Below are positions 1-13,350 of a stretch of 64,000 bases of DNA, one piece after another. The position numbers and the translations under genes are program-made. The stretch is taken from NCBI RefSeq assembly GCF_001194135.2, contig NC_068982.1:32179853-32243852 (forward strand). Direction: 5' to 3'. How positions within the stretch are numbered: position 1 is the stretch's first letter; each line of letters opens with the position of its first letter. The stretch is from Octopus bimaculoides (lineage: Eukaryota). The notes under the pieces were generated by a model. It was given only the letters and a program-made list of their open reading frames with translations. It was not told the origin of the DNA and ran no database searches.

Positions 1-419
1 ATATATATATATATATAAAACAATGGATGGCTACTACTTTATTCGCTACAGCTGTTTCAAACGAGTCTTTTATTGATAAATAGAGCTTTTACGTCATACG
101 AAAAATTGTTTCAATCGGGTGAATATGCGCGAAATGAAGTCTATCAAGTGCAGTACAATTGGTGGGATGTGTATTCCTAAGTACAGCTTTGAGATTAATA
201 ATATATTCAGTTGCACGAAGTGAATTGGATGTACAACTGGAATAATAATCTGTCTGTATTTTGGTATGTATGTATATGTTCCTCTGATTTCGTTGTGTAC
301 ATGATTTCCCTTTTTTAAAACCGACCTAGTGCATTACCACTTAAGCACCTGATTCACTTGAATCCTGAATTTTTATATTACACACGCATATATATACATA
401 TATATATATGTATATATAG

Positions 420-595
420 TTCAAGTTTACAAAAAACAAAAGATGAAGACATGTGTAAGAACAACAAGTGGGTGTATTAGTTTAGCGCTCGCGAAACATT
501 TTAAAAAGTCATTTACGTTTCGAGCCTAGGCTCTTCGACAGAAAAGATTTAGAGTGAAAAATGGAGAGAATGAAGAGTACGGAGAGAGAAAAAAT
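420..595 (-). mobile_element. Non-autonomous Penelope-terminus-like repeat carrying a hammerhead-like motif (family H1)
   Basis: Reverse complement aligns by eye to 8230-8390 and 4920-5040 (GAAGAGC..GCTCGAAAC..GAGCG..TAATACAC..GTTC..TC); sits between (TA)n tracts. Confidence 0.6.
508..547 (-). ncRNA. Minimal type I hammerhead ribozyme variant (CUGUCGA core, ACGU stem III)
   Basis: Minus strand: TCTTTT-CTGTCGA-A-GAGC ctag GCTC-GAAA-C-GTA-AATGAC; perfect 4-bp stem II, GUA triplet, A6 to U change and weak stem I. Confidence 0.45.
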
Positions 596-600
596 ATGTG

Positions 601-635
<35 letters not shown>

Positions 636-693
636 GGTGTATATATATAAATATATATATATATATACGCCGGGCTTTCAGTTTCCGTCTATC

Positions 694-1228
694 GNNNNNN
701 NNNNNNNNNNNNNNNNNNNNNNNNNNNNNNNNNNNNNNNNNNNNNNNNNNNNNNNNNNNNNNNNNNNNNNNNNNNNNNNNNNNNNNNNNNNNNNNNNNNN
801 NNNNNNNNNNNNNNNNNNNNNNNNNNNNNNNNNNNNNNNNNNNNNNNNNNNNNNNNNNNNNNNNNNNNNNNNNNNNNNNNNNNNNNNNNNNNNNNNNNNN
901 NNNNNNNNNNNNNNNNNNNNNNNNNNNNNNNNNNNNNNNNNNNNNNNNNNNNNNNNNNNNNNNNNNNNNNNNNNNNNNNNNNNNNNNNNNNNNNNNNNNN
1001 NNNNNNNNNNNNNNNNNNNNNNNNNNNNNNNNNNNNNNNNNNNNNNNNNNNNNNNNNNNNNNNNNNNNNNNNNNNNNNNNNNNNNNNNNNNNNNNNNNNN
1101 NNNNNNNNNNNNNNNNNNNNNNNNNNNNNNNNNNNNNNNNNNNNNNNNNNNNNNNNNNNNNNNNNNNNNNNNNNNNNNNNNNNNNNNNNNNNNNNNNNNN
1201 NNNNNNNNNNNNNNNNNNNNNNNNNNNA
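694..1228. other. Assembly gap (N run); further gaps at about 7563, 9010, 11718, 17492, 20637, 21870, 23391, 26924, 34753, 38643, 47138, 60195
   Basis: N runs, almost all flanked by microsatellites; ORFs spanning them are artefacts. Confidence 0.98.
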
Positions 1229-1373
1229 ATTGGAACTGGTCCCTCTTTGCAGAAAAAAACATCAGTTTTATTAAATTTAATATTGATATTCATCAATAAA
1301 AAGCAACCAAACTCTTTGCTTTTTATTTTTCAAAATCTTTCCATTAAAGTGAGTTGGTGTACCTTGAGTTTAT

Positions 1374-1420
<47 letters not shown>

Positions 1421-3327
1421 TCTGTCTGTCTGTCTGTCTGATGTCTTTATGCATGTATGTATGTATGTATGTATGTATATATGTATGTGTGTCTGTGTCT
1501 CTGTGTGTAATTCAAATATGAAATGAGAGGTATATTTCGTCCATTAAATGCATATTCTATCGAACAATGCGTAACACAAAACTATTTGTAGCTATGGAAT
1601 GAATCATCAGTTTCGAACGAATGAATAAATTCGGCAACATATACTGAGCCATTATTGTTTGGTTTGCATGACCTACTCTCTTATTCATTCTTTCTACTTT
1701 AACCCATTCTGCTTCCAGCATGGAACTTTTCCCTATATTTCTACTTCTACTCTGGTCTATAGGCTTTCTATCTGTCTTCAGATCACTCAGCAAACACACC
1801 AATTTATCCATCTCTCTACTATTCCTTTCATTTGTTCAATGATTAGAGCTCGAACGACTAATCTAATATTCCTTTCTTATCCTAGTGCCGTGTATAGTAA
1901 TTCGTTGTTTCCCTTTGCTTCTTTTGGTCGTAAAACACTGTTGTTTTTCTTTTTGCAACCCGAGTCTCTCAGGCTTAACCATATATTTTTCGTGTTCCTT
2001 CATACTGTGTTCCAGTCGTTAAAACTTATCTATGCATTTTTTCATGTTCTGAATGTCGTCTCCACGGTATCAGTGTCTAACAGGCGTTTGTGGTGATTAT
2101 CGTTGCCAGTAAGTCTAATGGTGCTGTCTTAGGTCTGCAACACAACAGTAAATAACTTTAATGGGTGGTTTTACTTTGCTCTGCTTTGACTACAGTTTTC
2201 AGCCTCGGCGCCTAATTTCTTCAATAATATATACCTGTGTCTATGTATATGCATATATGTGTGTGTGTGAGTGTGTGTGTGTATATATACGTGTTTATGT
2301 GTTTGTGTTTGTGTACGTGTGCGTGTACGTGTGTGTTTGTGTGTGTGCGTGCGTGCGTGCGTGCGTGTGTGTGTGTGTGTGCGTGTGTGTGTAATGTACT
2401 TATGTCTCTACCTCCGAATGTATGTGCTTATACATATACACAGAGACAGAGACAGAGAGAGAATATAAAGATATATATATTAAAAAAAAACGATAAAATA
2501 CATAGTGTATAAACATATACGTATGCTTGTGCATATATATAAATGTATATATTTATACATTAATGGTTGAATATTCCATCGTCATATTACATTTATTAGT
2601 TTATTCATTAAAAATGTTCTCTCTTTTCATGTATGCGTTATTATCGTTATGTGGTCAGTATTTCTGTTCGTGTTCTTGGAGAAAGTATTTAACCTAAACT
2701 CCTGGGGTTGGATTGAACGGTCAGTACAAAAAGCAGTTACTAATCACTAAAAACATTTCGACAATACCCTAACGCCGGTCAGTAATACGAATAATAATGA
2801 AAAATTTGAACTAAAGTAGCACAGCTAATAAAAGATGTGAATTTAATTGCCACACGCGAAGTTAAAATGAAACTGTCTGGAAAATCAGTTTTATGCAACG
2901 CTTATCGCATCTCATATTAATCAACACGTTATTGATTGTGTAGACATTACTAACTAATTTATCAACACACACTTTCAACATACTCAATAATTAAGAATAT
3001 CACAAGAACTGGACGCAAGTCTAAAACAGTCATGTATTTTTAATAATAACAATAACTCGCATATTAAATGGCGAATCTCGTAGGTAAGACATCCATTTAG
3101 ACATATTTAAATCCGAAATAGCAAATGCGAAATAACTAAACAATCTTTATCTCTTAATGTCCTTGCATACGTATTTACATGAAAAACATAACTCAATGCC
3201 AAAAGGGGCAAATGGAATTTCGATCTAATACATATTTCTTGTGCGTTTTCTCTTTTCTTTTCACGCAACATTTCACAAAACAGTAAAACTTCAAAGTGGC
3301 GTCGCATATTCTTCATCATTTTTTTCA

Positions 3328-3516
3328 TTCTTTTCACTTGTTTCAGTCATTTGACTTCGGACATTCTGGAACACCGCCTTGGAGGGTTGTAGTCGAACAA
3401 ATCGAAACCCAGGACTTATTTTTTAAAGCCTAGATATGCCGAACTGCTAAGTTGCGGGGACGTAAACACACCAGCACCGGTTGTAAAGTGGTGATGGGGA
3501 CAAATACGGACACAGC

Positions 3517-3591
<75 letters not shown>

Positions 3592-3838
3592 CTGGGAAAG
3601 GACGGTTTATGGGATTACCCTGAGTTTCCTGCCCATAAAGGGTTTAACTTTATGGCGTATCGTCAGACCCCAAGAGATCTTAGGCCAACAGGTTTTGGGG
3701 TCTGACGATACACAATAAACCTAAACCCTTCATGGACTGGAAACCCAGGGTAATCCTATAAACCGGCCCGCCCCATTAAAATAGACTCTGCTCTACGTCT
3801 TAGAGTGTGCTTCTTCTCCAGATTTGTTTTCTACAAAC

Positions 3839-3902
<64 letters not shown>

Positions 3903-4056
3903 CGACAGCCTTCTTGCAGTTTCCGTCTATCAAATCAACTCACAAAGCTCTAGTTGGTCCGAAGCTATAGTAGAAGATACTTGTCCAAAGTACCACGTAG
4001 TGGGACTGAACCCGTAACCATTAGGTTTGGAAGCAAGCTTCTTACCACACAGCCAC
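3328..4056 (-). mobile_element. tRNA-derived SINE family A (octopus OK-like), interrupted by a hairpin element and (TAGA)n
   Basis: Tail CTTGTTTCAGTCATTTGAC at 3338, central (CA)n(TA)n, head GGGACTGAACCC..CTTACCACACAGCCAC ending 4056. Confidence 0.85.
3596..3772. mobile_element. Foldback/MITE-like inverted repeat with about 75-bp arms
   Basis: Left arm 3600-3673 and right arm 3695-3768 are reverse complements with scattered mismatches; 21-nt spacer. Confidence 0.85.
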
Positions 4057-4149
4057 ATATATTTCGTATGTCTTTCCCCTCAACAAATATACTATTGTCC
4101 GAAAATAGTTCGTTTCCAAAAAACAGCTCGTTAGGTATCCTTTATGTAC

Positions 4150-4262
4150 CGAAACTAACAAATAATTACTGGGGTTGATTCGTTCGACCAATCCCTTCAA
4201 GGCGGTATCCAAGCACAGCAGCAGTCCAATGACTGAAACAAGTAAAAGAGGGATAAAAGCTA
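4150..4262 (+). mobile_element. SINE family A 3' tail fragment
   Basis: CTGGGGTTGATTCGTTCGAC..GACTGAAACAAGTAAAAG. Confidence 0.7.
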
Positions 4263-4889
4263 AAAGCTGAACATTGCAATCATCACCATCGACATACAGA
4301 TCCACGCATGTATGTATCCCAACAGACATACAAATGCACGCACATATGTATTTCAACGGATTCACTGAAACGTTTACAAATATGTATACACACACATGTA
4401 TGAAACCGTTCATGAGAGTACGCGCACACACTAACTCATGCTTACAAACTTCTAACTGCTAATATGAACCCACAGGTGCAGAATCATACGCAAACGTTAC
4501 AGTATACACATTTACATACCAACACAACAAAGAATTCAAAAGGACACGTTAACGCAGAAACACCACAAATATAAGAGTCAATGCGAATGAATGTTCTACA
4601 GTTCAAAAGTAGACGTACTATTTACTCTAATTCTTTTCTCAGAAACAATATATGAAACTTTAATAAGGAACATTACTTGCAGTGCCATTTTATGGTGAAG
4701 TTAGTAGTTGCACGCTAACAATCTATTGATATATTTGTGCGTGTATGTATGATTGTACATGCTTGTCAAATTTTAGCATTTTAGCCACGATTAAGAAAGA
4801 GCATTTCTACCGACATCCTAAAATTTCAGCTTCCTATGTACATGTACATTCATTTTATTAAAAATAAACGATATGCATGATATCTTCAG

Positions 4890-5045
4890 ACAAGGTGTGT
4901 ATGTGCCGTTGGCGATTTCCCATCTTTGGACTTTTGCTTTTTCTCCATTCCGACGAAGAGCTATGCTCGAAACTCTCTCCTTTCACTGAGCGTCAAGCTA
5001 ATACATTTCTTGTGCACGTCCTCGTGTTCGTTCTTTTTTTTTTCG
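4890..5045 (+). mobile_element. Family H1 Penelope-terminus-like repeat with truncated hammerhead motif
   Basis: CCGACGA-A-GAGC tat GCTC-GAAA-C at 4950-4973, cleavage-site segment absent; downstream GAGCGTCAAGCTAATACA matches the 8320 copy. Confidence 0.55.
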
Positions 5046-5199
5046 TTTTTTATTCGTTTATTTGAATTGTTTGTTTATTTGAATTGACTATATATATACA
5101 TCATGGCTTCTCCCGTCGTTTGACGACGTATCATGTTTCTATAATTTCTTGCTGAACAACTACACAGCTGGGTGATTTGTTTATAGCGATCAAATGTTG

Positions 5200-5410
5200 G
5201 CATTCATATAAGCTCACTCCTTCCTACTGATCGACATTACCTGCACAGGTGCACGGTAATGCATGTCAAATGATGAAATAATCGCAGAGCAACGTGAAAT
5301 GAAGTTTGAAGTGTTTTGCTCAAGAACACAACGCAACGCTCGGTCTGGGGATTCGAAACCAGTACCTCGCAATCTTGAATGCAACGCCCTAACTACTATG
5401 CCATGCTCCT
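5200..5410 (-). mobile_element. SINE family C head
   Basis: GCTCAAGAACACAACGC..GATTCGAAACC..CCCTAACTACTATGCC is the reverse of the 32905 head. Confidence 0.7.
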
Positions 5411-5468
5411 TCACTAAGACATGTCCATATACATATGTATGTATGTATATGTACATATATATACATAC

Positions 5469-5516
<48 letters not shown>

Positions 5517-5624
5517 CACACACACACAACACACACACAGAGGAAGAGAAACACAGAAAGAAAGAAAGAAAGATGCGGATAAACACGATCAGGTTTGTGC
5601 TGTCAGCCCGTATTTTATTCACGG

Positions 5625-5765
5625 TGAGCTAATGACTGGTTAACTTTGCTTTTTATCTTTTCGGAGTCAATAAAATAAGTACTAGTTGAGCACTAAGGTT
5701 GATGTAATCGACTTCTCCCTCTCCCACGAAATTACAAGCCCTGTGCCGAAATTTGAAATCAGTAT
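5625..5765 (+). mobile_element. SINE family B fragment
   Basis: ACTTTGCTTTTTATCTTTTCGGAGTCAATAAAATAAGTAC..GATGTAATCGAC matches 63590-63680. Confidence 0.7.
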
Positions 5766-7299
5766 TTATTGCTGGGATTGATTTATTCTCCTTGAAATAG
5801 CCAGTCAATAAGCAGAGAGTTTAGTTAATCTAAGAAATGAAATAGTCATTATCGAAACCAACGGAGGACCTTTATTTTCGAGTCTTGTAACATGAAAAAA
5901 TATACCACCTGCAAAATACTTGATGTTTTCGAAAACGTTCATTTCTGATGAAATATAAACCATTATTTTATTCAAATTTCTTTTTAAATTAAAATTTATG
6001 TTTATTTATAATCAAAATCTAATAATCAATGCTTGTGGCATGATTATTTAGTGATATTCTAATCTTTTTTTCTCATTCTGTCAACACCCATTTTCAAGTA
6101 ATATCTGGCTCTAATTTGTGCCATTCTTCTTGGAATACCACGAAAAACTATGTTGCTTTAAAAAATTATTAAATTTAAACTTTGACGTAATGATCTGCCA
6201 TAAATTTTCAAAAGAGTTAACAAAGTTTCAATTTCATACCCTTAAAAAAACATTGGCAGAATCAGCTGGAGTATTATTATGTTGGGAAAGAAATGCTTTC
6301 GTAAAATTTCTTCTTTCTAATATCATAATATCATGCTGTGATATTTTCATTACAGAGAAATCAACGAACCCCTACTACTGTTATACGACCACCAACAAAT
6401 CTTTTTGTAGTTTGTAAGAAACACTTTCATGAACTTGTCAAACATCTATAATAATAATAATAATAACAGAGGGGGAAATTTTGGTTCCTTAGAAAGAAAA
6501 ATAACATTCCAGAAGTAATTTAATCCTTTTTCCCTGATAATTTCAAAAATGGATTTCTATCAGACGCATTTCTTTTCGTATGAGTTGTACATCTCCAAGC
6601 TCTTTCACAAAGTTAGAATGTTATCAAGTGTGTCGGTCACCTAGTGAAACTAGTGAAATTCTTCTCTAAGAATATGAAAGCTTGTTTCCTGTTATAGAAG
6701 AATTTTGGGACTCTTCTCTTACGTTGCGATCATTTGTTTCATTGGACTAAGTTTTCTTGGAAGCCGGTTTATTATTTTTTATCCTAATGGACTAGGCCAT
6801 TTATAGTTGTAATGAAATATTTAATTTTCATTCCAGATTCTTTCTAATTAAATTACTTTCTAATTAAATTAATATCTTCATGAAATTAAGATATCAATTT
6901 CTGAAGTTAACATCTTCATCTCGAAGTAAATGAATTTTTAAAATTTGGCAAATGTCTTTTTCTATATTGGAACATTAATGCTTGAAATGCTGAGATTGCA
7001 TTCTTATATAGTATAAAATTACTAATGAAAAAATTAACATATCTTGAAGTGAAAAAATAATTAACAGAAAGCGATCATGAGATAAACGAGACAATTTGGT
7101 CTTGTTTTTTTTTTCTCACAAAAATCTCAAACAATCAATACAATATTCGACATTAGTGGTGTTTAAATTCACTTGTGACTTAACAGGCAGTATCTTATTG
7201 GTTATAGGTAATGTTGGTTTCCGGTAGCTCAACTAGGTCAAATGGGGAAAATTGTTGCATTGGTAAAATATACAAACCTACTAGTGTATATGAGATGCA

Positions 7300-7495
7300 A
7301 CCCGGTCAGAGTTAACTGTATTTCAAAGGGCCAGCATTGTCGCATTTTGTGTCACGCTGAATCTCCCCAAAAAATACATTAAGGGTACACGTGTCTGTGG
7401 AGCACTTAGCCATATTCACGTTAATTTCACAAGCAGGCTGTACTGTTGATTGGATCAACTGGAATCCTCGTCGTAATAACCGACGCAGTGCGAGT
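7300..7495 (+). mobile_element. SINE family C body/tail
   Basis: TACATTAAGGGTACAC..GATTGGATCAACTGGAA matches 33097-33190. Confidence 0.75.
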
Positions 7496-7513
7496 TATAT
7501 GTGTGTGTGTATG

Positions 7514-7562
<49 letters not shown>

Positions 7563-7902
7563 NNNNNNNNNNNNNNNNNNNNNNNNNNNNNNNNNNNNNN
7601 NNNNNNNNNNNNNNNNNNNNNNNNNNNNNNNNNNNNNNNNNNNNNNNNNNNNNNNNNNNNNNNNNNNNNNNNNNNNNNNNNNNNNNNNNNNNNNNNNNNN
7701 NNNNNNNNNNNNNNNNNNNNNNNNNNNNNNNNNNNNNNNNNNNNNNNNNNNNNNNNNNNNNNNNNNNNNNNNNNNNNNNNNNNNNNNNNNNNNNNNNNNN
7801 NNNNNNNNNNNNNNNNNNNNNNNNNNNNNNNNNNNNNNNNNNNNNNNNNNNNNNNNNNNNNNNNNNNNNNNNNNNNNNNNNNNNNNNNNNNNNNNNNNNN
7901 NN

Positions 7903-8390
7903 ACCCACATACCTCACTTCTACCCCCACCCTCAGCCTTACCCACACACCACTAACTAAAACCATACCACACAACACATCACATCACAACACACCACCAC
8001 GCACACACCAGCACTGACCAATTCCCAGTCCCATATTTTCACACACATACACACACGTTCACGTCAAGATCACCAGCCCTCTTCCACACGCACATACGAA
8101 CTCTCTTATACACACGCACGCGAACCTTCGTTTGGGGATCACCACTACTTTATTATCTCCCTTTCTTTCTAGCTCTCCTGCCCGGCATTCCCCATGATAG
8201 ATCGCTAACCACTACACATTCTTTTCTTCTCTCTTTCTTTCTCTCCTTGTTTCTTTCTGTGTTCCTTTCTGTGGAAGAGCGTAGGGTCAAAACGTTAAAG
8301 ACTTTTTCACTTCCCGAGCGTTATACTAATACACTTGTTTGTTGTCTACACCACTTGTGTTCGTCTTTTTTTGTGTGAATTCTCCCTCTG
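7903..8390 (+). mobile_element. Family H1 Penelope-terminus-like repeat (longer copy) with decayed hammerhead motif
   Basis: C/A-rich tail, then CCTTT-CTGTGGA-A-GAGC gtag GGTC-AAAA-C-GTT-AAAGA at 8264-8301; ends at (TA)n. Confidence 0.55.
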
Positions 8391-8479
8391 TATATATATA
8401 TATCAGAGTTATTAGTATCTAAAAGACCCAATAAGTGGCAGGTAACGCTATGTAAGTGCGATGTTAAACAGATCGTAGT

Positions 8480-8830
8480 TAAACTCTTGGTTCGATAGTG
8501 ATAAGACCTAGGAGTCTAATGTGGGTCTTGTATTAGCATGCATATACATATATTAGACAAAATGAGATAACAAAGCCAAGGTTGTGAGGAATCTTCAAGA
8601 TATCTATAAGGAAAAATATATAAATATAGTTTCACGGCTGTTTCTGGGATAATATAGATATCCATTAATCAGAGACGATGTGAGATGGTTAAATAGAGGT
8701 AAATATTTCAGTTCGAAATAAGGAATAATTATGGAAAAGGAGATAGGGAATATAGAGGGAAATAAGAGAATGAAAGTAGAAATGAAATATAACATATTTT
8801 AGTTGCAGTTCCATTATTCGTGTAAGGCGG
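8480..8830 (-). mobile_element. Penelope-terminus-like repeat (family H2) with decayed hammerhead motif
   Basis: Minus strand 8676-8628: GTCT-CTGATTA-A-TGGATA tctatat TATCCC-A-GAAA-C-AGCC-GTG-AAAC. Confidence 0.4.
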
Positions 8831-8860
8831 TAAAAAAAGTATCCTGTACATGGTATGTAT

Positions 8861-9190
8861 GTTCCAATAGTAGTTCATGTTTAGTCATTTCAAAGTATGG
8901 AGCCGTGGATTCTGTGTTGCTCATTCAAAGGGCTTTTGTGGTGTGAATGAAAATTTGAGAATGTAGTGGTAGTATTTGTGGATAGATGACGGGAGGGATG
9001 TGTATGATTNNNNNNNNNNNNNNNNNNNNNNNNNNNNNNTGTTCCAATAGTAGTTCATGTTTAGTCATTTCAAAGTATGGAGCCGTGGATTCTGTGTTGC
9101 TCATTCAAAGGGCTTTTGTGGTGTGAATGAAAATTTGAGAATGTAGTGGTAGTATTTGTGGATAGATGACGGGAGGGATGTGTATGATTA
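8861..9190. repeat. Identical duplication of about 150 bp flanking a 30-N gap (probable assembly artefact)
   Basis: 8860-9009 repeated verbatim at 9040-9189. Confidence 0.85.
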
Positions 9191-9896
9191 GAATGAGGAG
9201 CTAGGTCAAAATGAAGACACGAAGAGGAAATGAGAGGGAGAAAGAAAGAAGAAAGAAAAAAGAAAAAGGACAAGCAATGCCTTAAGTACATGCAACCACA
9301 GTTTTTTGCATAATATATAAAATTTAATTTAATTAAAAATATATGTAATAAACTAAACTATCAACAAATAAGACTAATACAGCTAAATAAATAAAAATTG
9401 TTCTAACAATTGAAATTCTCACAACTAAAAAGTAGAAGTTAAATAAATATAATAATTTGGATTCTTGTTAATATACATATTTTTATTTTTATTCCTTTAA
9501 CAAATGAGTAGAGAAAGAAGTGGTAGCCAGCTTTTATACGACCGGTCTAAATTCCATTTAGGGGAATGGTAGTATGATCCAGTTCCTCAAAACCACAACT
9601 AGCCATATATGTTAAGATTTGTTTCAAAGCATTGCTAATTCGAAACTATTTTTCTGTGGCATTTCGTGTTCTATTTTCATCAATTTAGTCTAAGGAGAAA
9701 AGAAAAGATTCAATGACATCTCTTGTATAGTAAGACCCATGTGGTTCATCTTAAACATTTGAATGTAAGTGGGGGAAAGAGGAAAGAGCCATGACAGAAA
9801 AAGCTTACTGAAATATATAGAGGGTTATACGCAGAGTACTTGATAAAATGCGTTGAAGTGGGTGCGATCACACGTTTAGCAGAGTTTCAAAACAGG

Positions 9897-9916
9897 AAAG
9901 AGAGAGGGAGAGAGAG

Positions 9917-9947
<31 letters not shown>

Positions 9948-9958
9948 ANNNNNNNNNN

Positions 9959-10001
<43 letters not shown>

Positions 10002-10002
10002 A
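9897..10002. repeat. (AAAG)n microsatellite
   Basis: Direct reading. Confidence 0.95.
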
Positions 10003-11469
10003 AATTAAGACAATCATATTAAGTCATAGCCTACCACCCCATAGATTGAGACAACTTTTGACTGACCTATTTCAATATGTGAAAATCCTCAACTATAAAA
10101 AGTATACAATATACTTTTATTTATTTATGTAGCCTATGTACACGAAGCAACGAGAATTAAAATAATGATGTTTACTATTATGTTTAGAGAAATAATAGTA
10201 TTGGCAATAAAATATGAGGACACAGCTGATTGGTGTTAACTGAAGAGTTAACAGACGCGAAAGAAAAATTCTCAAGCCGTATGAATTGATGTTCTGTAGC
10301 ATCTTTTGGACGTTAAAAAAGAAACACTATGATTAATCTAGCATGGCTGAATGAAATGCACCAAGGTTAACTCTTCCTTTCATCCTTTCTGGAGCAATAA
10401 AATAACGTTCCAGTCCACAGCTTTGGAGAAAGTGAATGGACAAAATTGTTATAGCAGACTTGTTCACTTTGAGTTCTTAAGGGAAGCATTTAATCTGTCT
10501 TCCGGCTTAAGACCGCCGCCTGGTTCTTGGGCACATTTAACGAAGTTCATAATGCTAGAAGCATTAGGACTAGACTTCCGGTTTGAGGCTAAATTCCTCT
10601 TTTCTTCCCATCAGTCTCAGAAATCCTGAACGATAAAAAAATGTTGTCATTCTTCCGCTATATATCTTTGCTGTAAAACAATAATTGGCTTCTATTCATA
10701 TTGCAACATTCTCTAAATGCCTCTGCTTATGCTGCATAGGTTCTTCAAGTGTCAGGGAAAAACAAAATATTCTATTACTTCTGCATAACTACGTATTAGA
10801 TGAAGCATCTAATTTCTAACTTTTTTCGGTACACTAAGCAACAATAACAATTATCGTCAACAGACTTATAATTCATCTACTGGTTCTTCTTTTATTCTCA
10901 GATGTGTATTTATAACACAAATAGTTTTGTCCTTGTGCATTAACTATTTCAACACAACAAAGATATTTCTAATCCAGTGCGTTTTAGACAACTTAGAAGT
11001 TTTTGTCTAGACGTACTTCAAACTCAAAGGAATAATTCATGAATTAGTAAGTTGCATTCCTTAATTACAGAGTGTGACACATGAATGGAAACAAAATACA
11101 CTGTACAAGTATGCAATCCTTGCGGGAGTTGCTTTATGCGATGTCTAGTGCTTATAGGTGGATATGAACGAATACTAATATGGAACTTAAAAATAACAAA
11201 AACAGAAAAAAGGATAAAACTTTGCCCTACTATTCAAACTCTATTGCTATGATGCTCAAATAATATTCGAGCTTCTAATTTTGAAATAAATTCTACATTA
11301 ATATTTACAATTACCTATTTAATTTTTTAAAACAAATAATTTATTTTACACTATATCTCCCTAATAATATATCGGTATTCACACAAGAATGACACTGAAT
11401 TGAAATGCTCCCCCAAAACATGTGTGTTTATAAATACAAGCATATATATAAATCTAAATACATATATAT

Positions 11470-11683
11470 ATGTTTTTGCGCGCGCGTGTATATATGTATA
11501 TATTTAAATATATATATATAACCAGCCGAAATTGCAAAGATAATCTGGAACACGACTGAGGAAAGAAAACTCCGAATGACCCGTCCTTGTTTTCTTTGTA
11601 TCGTCTATCTGGATGTTTTGGTGTCCCTTTTTTGTATCACCTAACTGTCTGAATATATTGCGTTCTTGTCCCATTTTGTATTT

Positions 11684-11717
<34 letters not shown>

Positions 11718-12302
11718 NNNNNNNNNNNNNNNNNNNNNNNNNNNNNNNNNNNNNNNNNNNNNNNNNNNNNNNNNNNNNNNNNNNNNNNNNNNNNNNNNNN
11801 NNNNNNNNNNNNNNNNNNNNNNNNNNNNNNNNNNNNNNNNNNNNNNNNNNNNNNNNNNNNNNNNNNNNNNNNNNNNNNNNNNNNNNNNNNNNNNNNNNNN
11901 NNNNNNNNNNNNNNNNNNNNNNNNNNNNNNNNNNNNNNNNNNNNNNNNNNNNNNNNNNNNNNNNNNNNNNNNNNNNNNNNNNNNNNNNNNNNNNNNNNNN
12001 NNNNNNNNNNNNNNNNNNNNNNNNNNNNNNNNNNNNNNNNNNNNNNNNNNNNNNNNNNNNNNNNNNNNNNNNNNNNTGTTTTTGCGCGCGCGTGTATATA
12101 TGTATATATTTAAATATATATATATAACCAGCCGAAATTGCAAAGATAATCTGGAACACGACTGAGGAAAGAAAACTCCGAATGACCCGTCCTTGTTTTC
12201 TTTGTATCGTCTATCTGGATGTTTTGGTGTCCCTTTTTTGTATCACCTAACTGTCTGAATATATTGCGTTCTTGTCCCATTTTGTATTTTATATATATAT
12301 AT
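11470..12302. repeat. Identical duplication of about 230 bp flanking an N gap (probable assembly artefact)
   Basis: 11470-11700 repeated at 12076-12302, apart from microsatellite length. Confidence 0.85.
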
Positions 12303-13129
12303 ATCACCCTTGATTTTACTAAAATTATGTATACAATTATATAATATATTTGCGTGTCCATTTTGGGGAGTAACAAAAGAAATTAACTGTAAAATAACAG
12401 TTTATTACTTCATGAAGTGGTGGATCAAAGCAAGAAGCAATATAAATTCTGGTAGTTGTTATTCATCCCTCGTTTGAAATAATTTAGCTTGGGTCGTCGT
12501 TGGTTTTTTGGGCACCGTTGTATTAATCCTCTTCTAATGAAACGGCAGGAAATCCGTATAGCTCACCTTGACGAAAAGCTCTCACCCCACTCACTCGTAA
12601 GGTCTTGGTTCTATTCCAAAGTCTACTGATAGCTCTACCGTCGCAAGAGATGGCTTATCACATTCTCCTATTAAACCATGGTGTGTTTAATAGTAATCAG
12701 GTGTTGAGTATTAATTAATTTTCTCCGCTTGATTACTGCTATGATCTTCCGTAAAAAAAGGGGTACTATTTTCTTATTTACCCGCAGAAAATATTTAATT
12801 TTTACCAGGCTTGTATCAATAGCAAAACTTCCAGTGGTTACTATTCATTACAGAAACATGACTAGTCTCCTTTACCGATGTGACTGGCATTAATGCCATT
12901 ATATATGTACATATGCATATATGTATGTATGTATTTATGTATGTATGTAAGTATGCGTGTATATTGACGCCCAGGCGAGTGCATACGTATGTAGATGTAG
13001 GTTATATACATGCATTTGCACATACAGGTGTATAAACAGGCAAGGAAATAATGACACGTATATATAATTGTGTGTGTACGCGTATATATATGAATGGAGT
13101 AGGATAACTGTGTTTCTGTGTGTATGTGT

Positions 13130-13350
<221 letters not shown>

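Noticed and set aside
1540-2160. ORFs 1557-1811 and 1659-2096
   Set aside because: No recognisable domain or splice structure; possibly an ancient LINE fragment
10351-11100. 92-aa ORF and an ICVINTHL EEP-like motif on the minus strand
   Set aside because: The ORF starts inside a SINE B fragment; the motif is isolated among many stops
11550-11595. CTGAGGA..CCGAAT..GTC hammerhead-like string
   Set aside because: GAAA is broken and stems I and II do not pair
8861-12302. Perfect direct repeats at 8861-9190 and 11470-12302 as biological duplications or LTRs
   Set aside because: Identical copies directly flank N gaps, typical of unmerged contig overlaps
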